A stretch of DNA of 64,000 bases from Ignavibacteriota bacterium (GTDB taxonomy: Bacteria; Bacteroidota; Ignavibacteria; UBA10030; UBA6906): positions 105,213-169,212 of the forward strand of contig CAVPCZ010000010.1 of the NCBI GenBank assembly GCA_963702445.1, read 5' to 3'. The position numbers were made by a program, and so were the translations under genes. Shown one piece after another: positions 1 to 9,361 of this stretch. Numbering within the stretch: position 1 is the stretch's first letter; each line of letters starts with the position of its first letter. The notes beneath the pieces are model-generated. The model was not told where the DNA came from. It did not search any database and saw only the letters and a program-made list of their open reading frames with translations.

Positions 1-236
1 TGTTTGTCGGCCATGGCCTGTTCCACGTACAACCACGGACCGTCGGCACGGTTCTTCCAGATCGGCACCATCCGGAGGCGGACATCCGCGAAAGTGGTAT
101 CCGCCGCCGACTGCTCCTGGCTGCTGAAGGAGCCGGTCAGGTATGCGGTGAGTCGGAGCAGCGTGGGAGTTTGACTGGATGGTACCCCGCCCAGGACGAT
201 CAGGAGAAGGCTTATGGGGAAAGTCGTGCTCAACAT
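1..236 (-). CDS. CpcT/CpeT-like (DUF1001) lipocalin-fold protein, N-terminal 78 codons only (gene runs off the left edge)
   Basis: Open-ended, so absent from the ORF track. Hand translation from ATG 236: MLSTTFPISLLLIVLGGVPSSQTPTLLRLTAYLTGSFSSQEQSAADTTFADVRLRMVPIWKNRADGPWLYVEQAMADK. GGAGG lies 9 nt upstream. The family call is from memory of the YLTGSFSSQEQ...PIW...WLYVEQA pattern. Confidence 0.5.
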   Translation of the reverse strand, partial: MLSTTFPISLLLIVLGGVPSSQTPTLLRLTAYLTGSFSSQEQSAADTTFADVRLRMVPIWKNRADGPWLYVEQAMADK

Positions 237-290
237 CAATCGGTCCCTCCGTTGTTTGCCCTGCGTGCCTGCGAGCCCGCCCCGGCTCTC

Positions 291-731
291 TTATCGGCCG
301 GCCTCCGCCGGACCCGCGATACGCATAAACCCCTCCGGCATCTCGACCGGCCGCCGCCGCGTGTAATCGAAGAACGCGATGCCCGTTTTCACACGCGCCA
401 CCTCTTTCCCCGTCGCCTTGTTCGTGAACCGGTACAGGACATCGCATCCGAGCGGCTGCGGATCCGCCAGGGCGACATCCACCACCAGGACGTCCCCGTA
501 GAATGCCTCCGAACGATAGACCACCACGGCATCGACCATGATGAGGCCCGCACCCTCCACGTTCTTCTCACTGTAGCCGTGGCTCATCAGAAACCGCACA
601 CGCGCTTCCTGTGCAAGAGCCAGCACGGCGTCGTTCCCCAGGTGGCCGCCGTAGTTGATATCGGATATACGGACGGGCAGCTCCGTGGAGAAGGTCCACC
701 GGTCGGGAAGAGCGAGTTTGATACGGGACAT
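291..731 (-). CDS. hotdog-fold acyl-CoA thioesterase (4HBT/YbgC-like)
   Basis: Track ORF 291..1022 trimmed to ATG 731 (MSRIKLALPDRW...). Thioesterase-like core: ISDINYGGHLGNDAVLALAQEARVRF...YGDVLVVDV. Confidence 0.7.
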   Translation of the reverse strand: MSRIKLALPDRWTFSTELPVRISDINYGGHLGNDAVLALAQEARVRFLMSHGYSEKNVEGAGLIMVDAVVVYRSEAFYGDVLVVDVALADPQPLGCDVLYRFTNKATGKEVARVKTGIAFFDYTRRRPVEMPEGFMRIAGPAEAGR

Positions 732-804
732 GGCCCCCGGCTTGCTTCGGTCAACGTATGAAACATGGAGTGCCGGCCCGCCCCTGCCGCCCGGGCGGAG
801 CCGC

Positions 805-2037
805 TCAGCTGTTGTGCCCGAACCGTTCCCGCACCATGGCATCAATGTGCGCGGCAAATTCCGGGTTCCGGGCGACGATCCGGTCAAAGGTCTCTTTGTC
901 AAGAGCGTACAGATCGCAGAAACCGATTGCGCGAACACTGGCCGTGCGCGGGTGCCCCAGCACCAGGGCGATTTCTCCGAAGAACTCCCCGTCGTGCAGG
1001 GTCGCCTGGACGGTCCGCCCATCTTTTGCCAGCACCTCCACCTGCCCGCGGCCGATAAAGAACATCTCCTGCCCCTTATCGCCGGACCGGAAGACGTAGT
1101 CGCCGGGCATATAAATAACGGGCCGCATCGCGAGAGCGATCTCCCGGACCAGGTCCTCTCCTGCGCCCTTGAAGAAGGGGACCTTTTCGATCACGTCTTT
1201 CTTCAGATACAGGGAGACATCCGCAAGCAGCGATGGCGGCAGCTCCCCCAGGATCTCCGATTCATCGAACCCGAGACGCGTCTCCCAGCGGTAGCCGTAG
1301 TAGCCGCGCACCCGGTCCTGAAGATTCGCCGGCAGATCGCGGTATTCCATGAACGCATTCAACCGCTCCATGGTTTCGACATATCGCGCACGGGACGGGT
1401 GGAGATTGGCAAGAATGTGCGCGATGTTGCCGATGACGTAGCCAAACATACCGACACCGATCGTCATCACGATGATCGCATAGACCGTCTCCGCTTCGGT
1501 CTGGGGCGTGATGTCGCCGTATCCCACCGAGGTCAAGGTGGTCACGCACCAGTACAGCGCACGGAGATAGGTGTTCTGACCGGTGAGGGATTCAGAAGGG
1601 ATGGCTCTCAGCGCCATCCACCCGCAGGCCAGCCAGTGCACCACGAGCGCGATCCAGTACCCGGAGTACAGAAGCCGGAAGGTATTCCACCGGGAGGTAT
1701 TCTGGCGCCACCAGAGCGCCATCACCGACATGACACGCGCCAGTTTAAACAGCCGCAGTAACTCCAGCGGATTGGGACCGAACAGAATCCCGAACGGCAC
1801 GGCCGCAGCCACATCCACGAACAGCCAGGGCCATCTGCGGGCCGTGAACGAGCGGGTTCCGCCCCAGCGGACGACGACGTCGGCCACCAGCAGGATTGTC
1901 ACAGCGATATCCAGGAACATCCCTGTGGGGAGACCACCCTGCACGAGATGTATCGGAACGCCAACGGCAAGCGCAGTGGCCGAACCGAACATCACCGCCG
2001 TCCAGGCGCGGGCAAAGTACCGGTTTCCGATTTTCAT
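805..2037 (-). CDS. cyclic-nucleotide-gated potassium channel
   Basis: 410 aa with a multi-TM N-terminal half. K+ selectivity filter TTLTSVGYGDITP. C-terminal cNMP-binding domain (FFGEIALVLGHPRTASVRA). Confidence 0.85.
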   Translation of the reverse strand: MKIGNRYFARAWTAVMFGSATALAVGVPIHLVQGGLPTGMFLDIAVTILLVADVVVRWGGTRSFTARRWPWLFVDVAAAVPFGILFGPNPLELLRLFKLARVMSVMALWWRQNTSRWNTFRLLYSGYWIALVVHWLACGWMALRAIPSESLTGQNTYLRALYWCVTTLTSVGYGDITPQTEAETVYAIIVMTIGVGMFGYVIGNIAHILANLHPSRARYVETMERLNAFMEYRDLPANLQDRVRGYYGYRWETRLGFDESEILGELPPSLLADVSLYLKKDVIEKVPFFKGAGEDLVREIALAMRPVIYMPGDYVFRSGDKGQEMFFIGRGQVEVLAKDGRTVQATLHDGEFFGEIALVLGHPRTASVRAIGFCDLYALDKETFDRIVARNPEFAAHIDAMVRERFGHNS

Positions 2038-2038
2038 C

Positions 2039-2485
2039 TCAGAGAGAGACCTTCATAACCACTTTTTGCACCATGCCGTTCGACACCATCGGGGCATGCG
2101 CATCGCCGGGAAAAAAAACCGCAAACGTCCCGGGATGGATGGTGAACCACATCGCCGGGTCGTCGGAAAACGAGAGATAGTCCCTCTCGGAATCGTACGG
2201 GGATTCCTCCTCCCGGCAGTCGGCCAATCCCTTCCAGCCCAGGCTCTCTTTTCCGGTTATCAGGTAGTGTACATCGATATACTGCCTGTGCGCTTCCAGA
2301 CGGGCTTCGTCCGGGCGTTTTCCCGGAAGCTGTGTGGCTATCGCGTAAAGCCGTCGCCCGTCGAGTTCCATACGGCCGGGTTCAACGGCTTTGAGCGACG
2401 GGGAGCGAAGGAATGCGAACACCCGTTTGAAGGCCGGGTGCAGGGCGGCGTAGCGGTCGGCATTATCGAGCGTGTCCAGGATCAT
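2039..2485 (-). CDS. YhcH/YjgK/YiaL (DUF386) family protein
   Basis: Track ORF trimmed to ATG 2485 (MILDTLDNADRYAALHPAF...), 7 nt after the upstream stop. The stop lies 1 nt before the channel gene start. Confidence 0.7.
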   Translation of the reverse strand: MILDTLDNADRYAALHPAFKRVFAFLRSPSLKAVEPGRMELDGRRLYAIATQLPGKRPDEARLEAHRQYIDVHYLITGKESLGWKGLADCREEESPYDSERDYLSFSDDPAMWFTIHPGTFAVFFPGDAHAPMVSNGMVQKVVMKVSL

Positions 2486-2492
2486 GGCATCC

Positions 2493-3440
2493 TCACCAGG
2501 ATCCCGAAGAACCGCCGCCGGAAAAACTCCCGCCCCCGCCGGAAAAGCCTCCACCGCCGCCGGATGAAAAACTGCTGCCGCCGGATGAACGGCTGCCGCC
2601 CGAACTCCAGCCCCCGCTCCGCCCGGAGGAGGTGCGTATGGCTTTTCCCCATTTGCTCATCAGACTCTTGCCTTTCTCCGTTTTTCCGAAAAAGAATTTC
2701 GCGAGAGGAAAACCCAGGAGGTAGCTTGCGAAGAGCATTCCCCCGACGAGGGTGCCGAGCAGGGCCATCGGGAACACCGCCCAGAAAGGAATCAGGAAGA
2801 CGTACAGGAACCAGGAGACGAACCCTTGCGAGACAAGCGCAATCGCGGTGAACACGCCCACCACGACCAGGAATATGCCGAAGCCGATGAGGCCCCCGAT
2901 GATGTCGCCGGCCTGCCCCGGCTCTTCATCGGGTGTGTAGGTTCCGCGGATCGCGGCCAGGATCGCCGTGACTCCCGCCTTCACTCCCTGGTCGTAGTCC
3001 CCCGATTTGAACTGCGGGAGGATCTCGCGGCGGATGATCACCGAACAGATCGCGTCCGTCAGATCCCCTTCGAGTCCCCGTCCCACTTCGATCCGTACCT
3101 TCCGGTCGTCCTTGGCGACAACAAGCAGCACACCGTTGTCTTTTCCCTTCTGACCGAGCTTCCACGTCTCCGCAACGCGGATCGCGTAGCTCTCGATATC
3201 ATCCCCTTCCAGGCTCTGGACGGTGAGGACGACCACCTGATTCGAGGTGGAATCCTGATGGGTTTTCAGGAGCGTTTCCAGCTCCGTCACTGTCGGGGCG
3301 GACAGGAGGTTCGCCGTATCATTGACTCGCCCTGCAAGGAACGGCACCTCGGAGGCGAGCAGCAGGGCCGGCCCCAGCAGGCACAGCAGAGAGAAGAGGA
3401 CAGAGAGCGGGTATTGTGAAGGAGGCCTCATGGCGGTCAC
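2493..3440 (-). CDS. TPM-domain (YgcG-like) membrane protein with Gly/Ser-rich tail
   Basis: Signal peptide, TPM-like core (VVVLTVQSLEGDDIESYA...LLVVAKDDRKVRIEVGRGLEG), TM segments and a GGGGFSGGGGSFSGGGSSGSW tail. GTG 3440 overlaps the upstream stop (GTGA). ATG 3431 is an alternative start. Confidence 0.75.
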   Translation of the reverse strand: MTAMRPPSQYPLSVLFSLLCLLGPALLLASEVPFLAGRVNDTANLLSAPTVTELETLLKTHQDSTSNQVVVLTVQSLEGDDIESYAIRVAETWKLGQKGKDNGVLLVVAKDDRKVRIEVGRGLEGDLTDAICSVIIRREILPQFKSGDYDQGVKAGVTAILAAIRGTYTPDEEPGQAGDIIGGLIGFGIFLVVVGVFTAIALVSQGFVSWFLYVFLIPFWAVFPMALLGTLVGGMLFASYLLGFPLAKFFFGKTEKGKSLMSKWGKAIRTSSGRSGGWSSGGSRSSGGSSFSSGGGGGFSGGGGSFSGGGSSGSW

Positions 3441-4099
3441 CGGTCCTTTATCCGCAGGGTGTCCGACAATTCATCCCGGTCGTCCGCGCGAATATTCACT
3501 CCCCTCCGCTCGAGCAGGGCGCCGCATTTCTGGACGGCGTTCACCAGCCCGTCAACAGGTGACCCTGCGCGGATTCCTGCGATGACCGTGGACACGACAT
3601 CCTGCCATTCCTCCTGTTTCACCTTCTGGTTGATACCCGCGTCTCCGAGCACGAGAACGCGGCGCTCCAGCAGGCTGAGAAAGAGCAGGATGCCGGTGCG
3701 GTCGCGGGTGAGGAACACCTCCTCGGCGACAAATGCCTCCGACGCGCGCTGATGGAGGCGCCGTTCCATGGCCGCGCTGCCGGCCAGAATGCGCTTCAGG
3801 CCCGGGACATATTTTACGAGAAGCATGCCGGCGCCGAAGGCCAGGAGCACCGCAAGGAGCTTCCCTGCCAGGTCGATGGGCAGCCAGATCGCCGTGTAGC
3901 TATGGAGAAACATGAGCACGATGGCACTCAGAAGCGCGAGCAGGGCCCCGCCCCGCCATTCCGCGAATTCATAGTCGTCACACTGCTCCACAACGTACGG
4001 GACGATTTCGCCGGATGTCCGCTTTTCCGCGTCGTGGACCGCTGCGCTGATCCGCTCCAGGTCAGCCGCCGAAAACAACCGTGAAATTGCTGTTGCCAT
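3437..4099 (-). CDS. TPM-domain (DUF477-like) membrane protein
   Basis: MATAISRLFSAADLERISAAVHDAEKRTSGEIVPYVVEQ...ERRVLVLGDAGINQKV. ATG 4099 is preceded by GGGAGCGGAG. GTG 4129 (GTGA overlap with the upstream stop) is an alternative start. Confidence 0.7.
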   Translation of the reverse strand: MATAISRLFSAADLERISAAVHDAEKRTSGEIVPYVVEQCDDYEFAEWRGGALLALLSAIVLMFLHSYTAIWLPIDLAGKLLAVLLAFGAGMLLVKYVPGLKRILAGSAAMERRLHQRASEAFVAEEVFLTRDRTGILLFLSLLERRVLVLGDAGINQKVKQEEWQDVVSTVIAGIRAGSPVDGLVNAVQKCGALLERRGVNIRADDRDELSDTLRIKDR

Positions 4100-4125
4100 A
4101 CACTCCGCTCCCTTGTTCGTTCGTC

Positions 4126-5193
4126 TCACTCCACCGCACGTTCCCGCATCGTTATGGTGCCTTTGTCCGCATCCATGTCGGCTTCAATCCCGATCGGCAT
4201 GGTGAACTTGTTTTCAATGTGCCCGATCATCGCCCCGGCAAACGCGGGAATGCGCAAGGGGGCGATATGATCGGCAAACACTTCCTCCAGGGTCAGGGAA
4301 CCGTACCCCTCCCCGGGTCCGCAGTTTGTACATTTGCCGAAGATGAACCCCGAGAGTTGCTCCAGCACCCCGGCAAGCCGAAGCTGGGTCAGCATCCGGT
4401 CGATCCGGTAGACCGGCTCGTTGTCGTCTTCAAGGAAGAGCAGAACATTCTTCCAGGAGGGAAGATAGGGTGATCCGATCATTGCCGCAAGGACGGAGAG
4501 GTTCCCGCCGACGAGGATCCCCCGCGCCTCGCCCGGAGTGATGGTATCGACACGATCGCGGGTCTGTACCAGATTGTCCCCGGACGATGCGGGGTTCCGG
4601 AACGTCGCGGCTTCCCCCTCCATGACGACACGCCGGAAGTACCCCAGCGAAAACTGGTTCCACGTTGAAGTACCGACGGGGCCATGAAAGGTGACCATGC
4701 CGCACCGCGCGTACAGCGCAACGAGGAGGGATGTGATGTCGCTGTACCCCATGAGCAGTTTGGGGTGTTCGCGAATGGCATCGTATTCAAGCAGCGGGAG
4801 AATCCTGTTACATCCCCACCCGCCGCGTACGGCGAGAACCGCGTTGACGCTGTCATCGGCGAACATGGCGTTCACGTCTGCCGCGCGCGCGGCATCGGTC
4901 CCCGCCAGGTAGCCGTACCGGTCCAGGACGTGGTTTCCCGGCCTGGCACTGAGGCCCAGGGCCGAGAGAGTTTCCACGACCAGTGCAAGGTCGCTCCGGA
5001 CAAACGTCGCGCCCGCAGGGTTGATGAGCCCCACGGTGTCGCCTGCTGCAAGCCGCCGGGGCTTGATGGTGGTGACCGGGCGCCCGCCGGCGGACGCATG
5101 TGACAGTGCCGCACGCGGCAGCGCCGCCGCCAGCATACCCGTTCCTGCGGTGAGCAGGAACGCGCGACGCGGAATATTCCATTGTGCACTCAT
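4126..5193 (-). CDS. LD-carboxypeptidase (peptidase S66 family), Tat-type signal
   Basis: Trimmed to ATG 5193 (AAGGAG 5 nt upstream). N-terminus MSAQWNIPRRAFLLTAGTGMLAAALP. S66-like GYSDITSLLVAL and GHIENKFTMPIG. Confidence 0.8.
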   Translation of the reverse strand: MSAQWNIPRRAFLLTAGTGMLAAALPRAALSHASAGGRPVTTIKPRRLAAGDTVGLINPAGATFVRSDLALVVETLSALGLSARPGNHVLDRYGYLAGTDAARAADVNAMFADDSVNAVLAVRGGWGCNRILPLLEYDAIREHPKLLMGYSDITSLLVALYARCGMVTFHGPVGTSTWNQFSLGYFRRVVMEGEAATFRNPASSGDNLVQTRDRVDTITPGEARGILVGGNLSVLAAMIGSPYLPSWKNVLLFLEDDNEPVYRIDRMLTQLRLAGVLEQLSGFIFGKCTNCGPGEGYGSLTLEEVFADHIAPLRIPAFAGAMIGHIENKFTMPIGIEADMDADKGTITMRERAVE

Positions 5194-5254
5194 GAGTGCT
5201 CCTTGAGCGGAGAACAGAGGACCGGCGGCATCCGGGCCGTTCCCGCGTTTACTG

Positions 5255-6094
5255 TCAGGACGCCGGGGGAGGAACAAATTCACGGATCATGGAACAACGG
5301 GTATAGGCGACCCGGAAACCCTGCCGTTCCAGATTCCGTTGTGAGACACTCCCCGGCCGGGTCAGCGTGTACGCCAGATCGCACTCCGCTTCAACGGCAA
5401 GATTGATGAGCGACCGGATGATCGCGCTCTGCACCCCCAACCGCCGGAAGGACGGCACGGTGCTGGCGCCGTAGATCGCGGCGACCCCCTGGTGAATGGA
5501 GAGGGCACCGCCGCCTGCAGGGCGTCCCTCCACCCATGCCATGACGCATTTGGTCGTCGGGCGGGCGACCAGGGTCCGGAGGATTGCCAGGTTCTCCGAC
5601 GTCGGGGCAAGCTGTTCGCCGAATCCCATGGCCACCGTGCGGGCCCAGAGATCGGCTTCCTCGGGTGCACTGCGCTGTACGCTGATAGGAGACGATTCCG
5701 CTATCGAGGATTCAATGGCCTTCAGTTTGCGGAAGAGCATGTTGGAGAAATCCGACAGCACATATTGCCGGCGGGACAGCTCGCCCAGCAGGGACACGTC
5801 GGACAACGGGCAGAGTTCGATGCGCACGCCGGAACTCCTGCTGGTGAAGAACCGCTCCAGCCGATCCATCTCCCACGGGCGCACCGGCTTTTCCATCCCT
5901 ATCCCGATCGCCTGCGTGAGCGGAGAGCCGACCCCGACGAACATGGCCATCCCGCCGGCGATGGACTCCGCCACGGATCCCGCTTCGGGGTGCAGCTTTG
6001 CGTGGACCTCGGCTGATTCGACGCCGACCGCGGCATCCGCGCCTTCAATCCGGCGTGCCAGCGCCGCATCGGCAAGCAGGTGTTGTCCCGGCAT
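5255..6094 (-). CDS. GNAT-family N-acetyltransferase
   Basis: 279 aa. The C-terminal half has an acetyl-CoA-binding-like motif (FRRLGVQSAIIRSLINLA). Confidence 0.6.
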   Translation of the reverse strand: MPGQHLLADAALARRIEGADAAVGVESAEVHAKLHPEAGSVAESIAGGMAMFVGVGSPLTQAIGIGMEKPVRPWEMDRLERFFTSRSSGVRIELCPLSDVSLLGELSRRQYVLSDFSNMLFRKLKAIESSIAESSPISVQRSAPEEADLWARTVAMGFGEQLAPTSENLAILRTLVARPTTKCVMAWVEGRPAGGGALSIHQGVAAIYGASTVPSFRRLGVQSAIIRSLINLAVEAECDLAYTLTRPGSVSQRNLERQGFRVAYTRCSMIREFVPPPAS

Positions 6095-6099
6095 TGACC

Positions 6100-7155
6100 C
6101 TATTCCGTCTTGAGCAAACCGCCGATGGGATACCCCTTCTCTCGAAGAAGCGGGGTCTGGGTCTTGATGAACTCCCGGATCGCCTCGACCGGCACCGCCT
6201 GGGTGAGACCCGACTCAATTTCTGTTTTTCGTTCCACGAAGACGGGACCGGTGTACGGGATGGCCGGATCGAATACCACCTCCCCGTTTTCCTTCTCCGG
6301 CGCAAGCACATAGGATGACCGCGCGGAAACGAGTTTGACGATGCCGACCAGCTCAAAATTGGGCACGCCATCCCGGATGGCAAGTGTAATTCCACCGCTG
6401 AACCCGCGGCTGAACATGGCATCAACCATGAAGGCCCCGCGCTTGTCCTTGTTGGGATTGCTCACAATCCCCTTGGTCACCATCTTGAAACCCGAAGGAT
6501 AGCCGAACATATAGACGAACGTTCCCCACTCCAGATCCCTGGCGTTCCCGAAGGGATACCGGAATGCCGCGATCCGGTTGGCCGGCTGACCGCTGAAGTG
6601 CTTTCCCAGAAGGGCGATATCGGCGGTTCTGTCCATCGCGAGGATCTCCAGCTCTCCTCCCTCAGGAAAGACCGCCACATAGTTGGTCTGTTTTTCCTTG
6701 ACGGCGACACTCTTCAACCAGGGGGTGATACGGTGCTCGGGAGTGATGTAGAAGGCAAACACGGTGTCTTCGAAGTCGACGATATGGGCACAGGTCAGCA
6801 GCACCACACGCCGCTCGTCATAGAAAATCACCGTCGCCGTGCCGGACGCCGTGCTGTTGACATAGACGGATTCCCTGCTCCTGCGCTGCAGCAGGGTTTC
6901 CGAAACATCCCCCCGCGTAACCCGGTCTTCCATCGTAAAAGAGTATGTCCGGTAGTACGCAATGCTGCTCAGCATGTTGACGGTCTCGGCGATCTCCTCG
7001 AGCTGTTTTGAACACCCCCTGTAGGGAAACTCCGAATCATAACGGCCGTCGGTGAGCGTAGGGTACACATCGCGGTACACCGAAGACGTACATCCGGCCA
7101 GCATCAGGATACTCACGAGAAGAAGCGCGCAGCGGCCGCCGCGGGGGGCGTTCAT
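6100..7155 (-). CDS. trypsin-like serine protease lipoprotein
   Basis: Lipobox LLVSILMLAGCTS. Chymotrypsin-fold features (LLTCAHIV, DIALLGK, FSRGFSGGITLA). Confidence 0.6.
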   Translation of the reverse strand: MNAPRGGRCALLLVSILMLAGCTSSVYRDVYPTLTDGRYDSEFPYRGCSKQLEEIAETVNMLSSIAYYRTYSFTMEDRVTRGDVSETLLQRRSRESVYVNSTASGTATVIFYDERRVVLLTCAHIVDFEDTVFAFYITPEHRITPWLKSVAVKEKQTNYVAVFPEGGELEILAMDRTADIALLGKHFSGQPANRIAAFRYPFGNARDLEWGTFVYMFGYPSGFKMVTKGIVSNPNKDKRGAFMVDAMFSRGFSGGITLAIRDGVPNFELVGIVKLVSARSSYVLAPEKENGEVVFDPAIPYTGPVFVERKTEIESGLTQAVPVEAIREFIKTQTPLLREKGYPIGGLLKTE

Positions 7156-7159
7156 CGGG

Positions 7160-7930
7160 TCATTCCTCCATGCCTACCATCGTCTTCAGCCGCCGGACCT
7201 CCTGGGCCGAAAGGGGTCGGGTCGCTCCGCGGGGCAGCCCTTCCATCGTCACGGGTCCGTACGCCACACGGTCCAGTTTCTTCACCTCGTATCCCAGGGT
7301 CTCGAACATGCGGCGTACCTGTTTGTTCCACCCTTCATGAATCGTGATGCCGATCTCTCTGCCCCGGGAACCGGTGACAACCACAATTTCCGCGGGCGCC
7401 GTGGTGCCTTCCTTGAGCGCTATCCCCCTGGCCAGCTGAATAAGATGCTCGCGCTCGACGGCTTTGTCGCAGGCGACGCGGTACGCCTTGGGGACTTCGT
7501 ACCGGGGATGCATCAACCGGTGCGCGAGATCGCCGTCGTTGGTGAACAGCAACACCCCCGTGGTCTGCCTGTCCAGCCGCCCGATGGGGAACACCCGATG
7601 GCGCGCCCGCACGAGCTCCATGACCGTCGGACGCCCGCGCTCATCATGCGCCGTGGTAATCGTATCTTTGGGCTTGTTCAACACGAGGTAGAGCGGCCGG
7701 TCGACGGGAACAATTTCCGAGTCCTGCAGGAACACCCTGTCGCGTCCGGGTCTCACTGTTGTTCCCAGCTGGGTGACAACCTTGCCGTTGATGCGGACGC
7801 TGCCTGCGAGGATCAGGGCTTCCGCCTTGCGGCGGGATGTCACACCGCACAGGCTGAGGTACCGGTTGATCCGGACGGCCGCCTGTTCAGGCGGAGCCGA
7901 TGGTCGTTTGGTGAGCCTGCCGCCGGTCAT
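7160..7930 (-). CDS. rluB: pseudouridine synthase, RsuA/RluB family
   Basis: S4 domain (RINRYLSLCGVTSRRKAEALI). Catalytic FPIGRLDRQTTGVLLFTNDG. ATGA overlap with the scpB stop. Confidence 0.85.
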   Translation of the reverse strand: MTGGRLTKRPSAPPEQAAVRINRYLSLCGVTSRRKAEALILAGSVRINGKVVTQLGTTVRPGRDRVFLQDSEIVPVDRPLYLVLNKPKDTITTAHDERGRPTVMELVRARHRVFPIGRLDRQTTGVLLFTNDGDLAHRLMHPRYEVPKAYRVACDKAVEREHLIQLARGIALKEGTTAPAEIVVVTGSRGREIGITIHEGWNKQVRRMFETLGYEVKKLDRVAYGPVTMEGLPRGATRPLSAQEVRRLKTMVGMEE

Positions 7931-8616
7931 TCATCCTCCTTGAGAAGCCGCAGTTCCCCGTCTTCACCGGCCTCTTCGGCCGCACGCTTCTCCTCCAGTT
8001 CGGCAAGCATCCGCTTTTCCACTTCAAACTCCGCCTCCGCCATGAGCTCGTCAATCTCCCGGGGTTTGGGCAGATCGGCAAGATCGTTCAGGCCGAAATG
8101 CTTCAGGAACTCCTTCGTCGTGCCGTAGAGCAACGGCCGCCCGGGCGTCGCAGCACGCCCCACGATGGCCACAAGATTCCGCTCGAGCAAGGTCCGGAGC
8201 ACGTAATCCGCGTTGACGCCGCGGATGGCCTCGATTTCCGGTTTCGTCACGGGCTGCTTGTAGGCGATGACGGAAAGACTCTCGAGGGCGGAAACCGACA
8301 GCTTCCGTTTGGATTTTTCGCGGAGCAGGCGGCCGAGCCAGACACTGTACTTCGGAAGCGTGGCAAACTGGTACCCGCCGGCGACATTCACGATGCGGAA
8401 GGCGCGGCCGGACTGTTCGAACTCCCGGTTCAGGAGTTCCATGGCCGTACGCACGCTCTCCTGATTCAGCGGACGGGGCCGGTCTGCTTCATCCAGATAT
8501 TCGAGAAACCCCATAAGCTGACTCATGGCCAGAGGTTCGTCCGTGGCAAACAGCAGCGCCTCGAGGACGTCAAGCATCGCCCGGGGGATCGCCGATGCCG
8601 TTGTCTCCGTGTTCAT
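7927..8616 (-). CDS. scpB: segregation and condensation protein B
   Basis: 229 aa with an ScpB-like winged-helix pattern (VLEALLFATDEPL...ESLSVIAYKQPVTKPEIEAIRGV). ATGA overlap with scpA. Confidence 0.85.
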   Translation of the reverse strand: MNTETTASAIPRAMLDVLEALLFATDEPLAMSQLMGFLEYLDEADRPRPLNQESVRTAMELLNREFEQSGRAFRIVNVAGGYQFATLPKYSVWLGRLLREKSKRKLSVSALESLSVIAYKQPVTKPEIEAIRGVNADYVLRTLLERNLVAIVGRAATPGRPLLYGTTKEFLKHFGLNDLADLPKPREIDELMAEAEFEVEKRMLAELEEKRAAEEAGEDGELRLLKEDE

Positions 8617-9356
8617 GCGGATGCCAGCGTGAGTGGGACAAGCGGCGTCAGCGGACGAATCGCAATGTCATCACGCCCCTCCACCGGGGCCAGCGTCACC
8701 ACCTTGTTCTTGGTCAGCTCCAGCACCGCCATCACCGTCACAATAATCCGGATCTTCTCCACCATGTGCGCGACCAGCTTAAGGAGCGTGGTCGGCCCGT
8801 GCACCCGGAGGAAGTCCATGACAAAACTCATCTGTTCATCCACCGACACGGTCAGCAGCTCCACTTCATGGATCACCTTCCTGGGCATCTGATTCAACGC
8901 CGATTTGTAGGCCGCGATAAGATTGAACAGCGTCACATCCTTCAGGAATTCCTCCCCCTCCTCTTCCACAAACGTTTTGGGATCGGCATGAAAAGCCTTG
9001 CGGTAATACACCTTGCGCTGCTGCTCTTCCTTCTGCGCCAGCTCACCCGCCATTTCCTTGTACCGCTTGTACTCGATCAGCCGCCGGACCAGCTCGGCCC
9101 GGGGATCTTCTTCGTCCACGGCGGTTTCGTCGCGGGGCAACAGCATGCGGACCTTGATTTGCATGAGGGTCGCCGCCATGACGATGAAGTCCCCGGCAAC
9201 CTCAAGATCCAGCGTCGCCATGAGATGCAGATAGTCGAAAAACTCCCTGGCGATCTTTGCAATGGGGATATCGTAGATGTCCAGCTCGTCCCGTTTGATG
9301 AAGAACAGGAGGAGGTCGAGCGGTCCTTCAAATTCGGTCAGACGAACACGATACAT
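8613..9356 (-). CDS. scpA: segregation and condensation protein A
   Basis: Track ORF 8613..9572 trimmed to ATG 9356 (MYRVRLTEFEGPLDLLLFFIKRDELDIYDIPIAKI), just downstream of the trpS stop at 9362. Confidence 0.85.
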   Translation of the reverse strand: MYRVRLTEFEGPLDLLLFFIKRDELDIYDIPIAKIAREFFDYLHLMATLDLEVAGDFIVMAATLMQIKVRMLLPRDETAVDEEDPRAELVRRLIEYKRYKEMAGELAQKEEQQRKVYYRKAFHADPKTFVEEEGEEFLKDVTLFNLIAAYKSALNQMPRKVIHEVELLTVSVDEQMSFVMDFLRVHGPTTLLKLVAHMVEKIRIIVTVMAVLELTKNKVVTLAPVEGRDDIAIRPLTPLVPLTLASA

Positions 9357-9361
9357 GGACG

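Noticed and set aside
2493-2650. Repetitive GC-rich DNA (ccgccgccgg... units) that looks like a tandem repeat.
   Set aside because: It is the coding sequence of the Gly/Ser-rich C-terminal tail of the TPM/YgcG-like protein. It is low-complexity coding sequence, not a non-coding repeat.
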